A stretch of 64,000 nucleotides of DNA from positions 31,272,935-31,336,934 of the forward strand of contig NC_081384.1 of NCBI RefSeq assembly GCF_030684315.1, in the 5' to 3' direction. A program made the position numbers and the translations under genes. This stretch comes from Stegostoma tigrinum. Its lineage: Eukaryota. Of the stretch, positions 63,343 through 64,000 are shown one piece after another; within the stretch, counting starts at the first letter, position 1; every line of letters begins with the position of its first letter. The notes beneath the pieces were generated by a model. It searched no databases, had not been told where the DNA came from, and worked only from the letters and a program-made list of their open reading frames with translations.

Positions 63343-64000
63343 ATGACAATCAGTGTGGTGCTGGAAAGGCACAGCAGGTCAGACAGCATCCAAGGAGCAG
63401 GGAAATCAATATTTTGGCCTGAAACCCTTTAAAAGGACTAGGGAGGGAGAGGGCAGCCCAGAAATAAATAGAGGGAAGGGATGGGGCTGGGGTTAGGGTA
63501 GGTGTAATGGAGATAGGTGGATGCAGGTAGGGGGTTATTGTGGTTGGTCAGTGGGAAAGGTGGAGCAGATAGGAAAGTTGGAAGATGGACAGGTTGGTGG
63601 TGGAGAGATTTTGAAGTTGCTGAAGTCAATATTCAGGCCATTGGGCTGCAATCACCCAAAGCGAAATATCAGGTGTTGTTCCTCCAGTTTGTGTTTGACC
63701 TCACTGTGACCATGGAGGAGGCCAAGGATGGACTTGTAACCAGGGGAGTGGAGGGGGGTGTTAAAGTAGATGGCAGCCGGCAGGTCAGGTTGATTAGTAT
63801 GTGCAGAGTACAAATGTTTCGCGCAGTGGTCCCTGAGTCTGTGTTTGGTCTCTCCAATATAGAGGAGACCACAGGAGCAACAGATACACAATGTGAGGTC
63901 AGTTGAAGTTCAGGATGCTGATGAATTTTGTGATATACGTTGAATGGTGAGTTGCTCAGGGCATGGTAAGATGGGTGGAAATCAGACATAAGATGCAATA
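63343..64000 (-). mobile_element. Penelope-like element, GIY-YIG end
   Basis: CICCSCGLLYIGETKHRLRDHCAKHL...KLEEQHLIFRFG and terminus gctggaaaggcacagcaggtcag.cagcatccaaggagcagg. Confidence 0.85.

Noticed and set aside
1-64000. CRISPR arrays, operons, prokaryotic defence systems, rRNA
   Set aside because: There are no regularly spaced repeats or dense ORFs. The sequence is intron- and retroelement-rich eukaryotic DNA.

Overview
This is eukaryotic, AT-rich, repeat-dense DNA. The SINE, LINE and Penelope repertoire is typical of a cartilaginous fish (shark); that assignment is an inference. The only host gene I can support is an LRRC37-like gene on the + strand. It has two small exons (7734-7808, 7902-8020; last LRR plus the CCLC cysteine cap) and one 1.7-kb exon (20310-21997; low-complexity stalk plus LRRC37-type C-terminal motif), and the three splice in frame. 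The earlier LRR exons appear to lie upstream of the window, and I could not confidently find the transmembrane exon. The rest is intron or intergenic DNA filled with decayed transposons: CR1 and CR1/L2-group LINEs, RTE LINEs, Gypsy pol fossils, a Harbinger transposase fossil, three SINE types and at least four Penelope-like element (PLE) families. The PLE termini carry hammerhead-ribozyme core motifs. Several PLE insertions are reduced to ~200-bp palindromes flanked by 14-15-bp target-site duplications (TSDs). Three local inverted duplications cluster in the first 10 kb. There are no prokaryotic features, CRISPR arrays, rRNA or true tRNA genes. All alignments were done by eye, and repeat boundaries are approximate.
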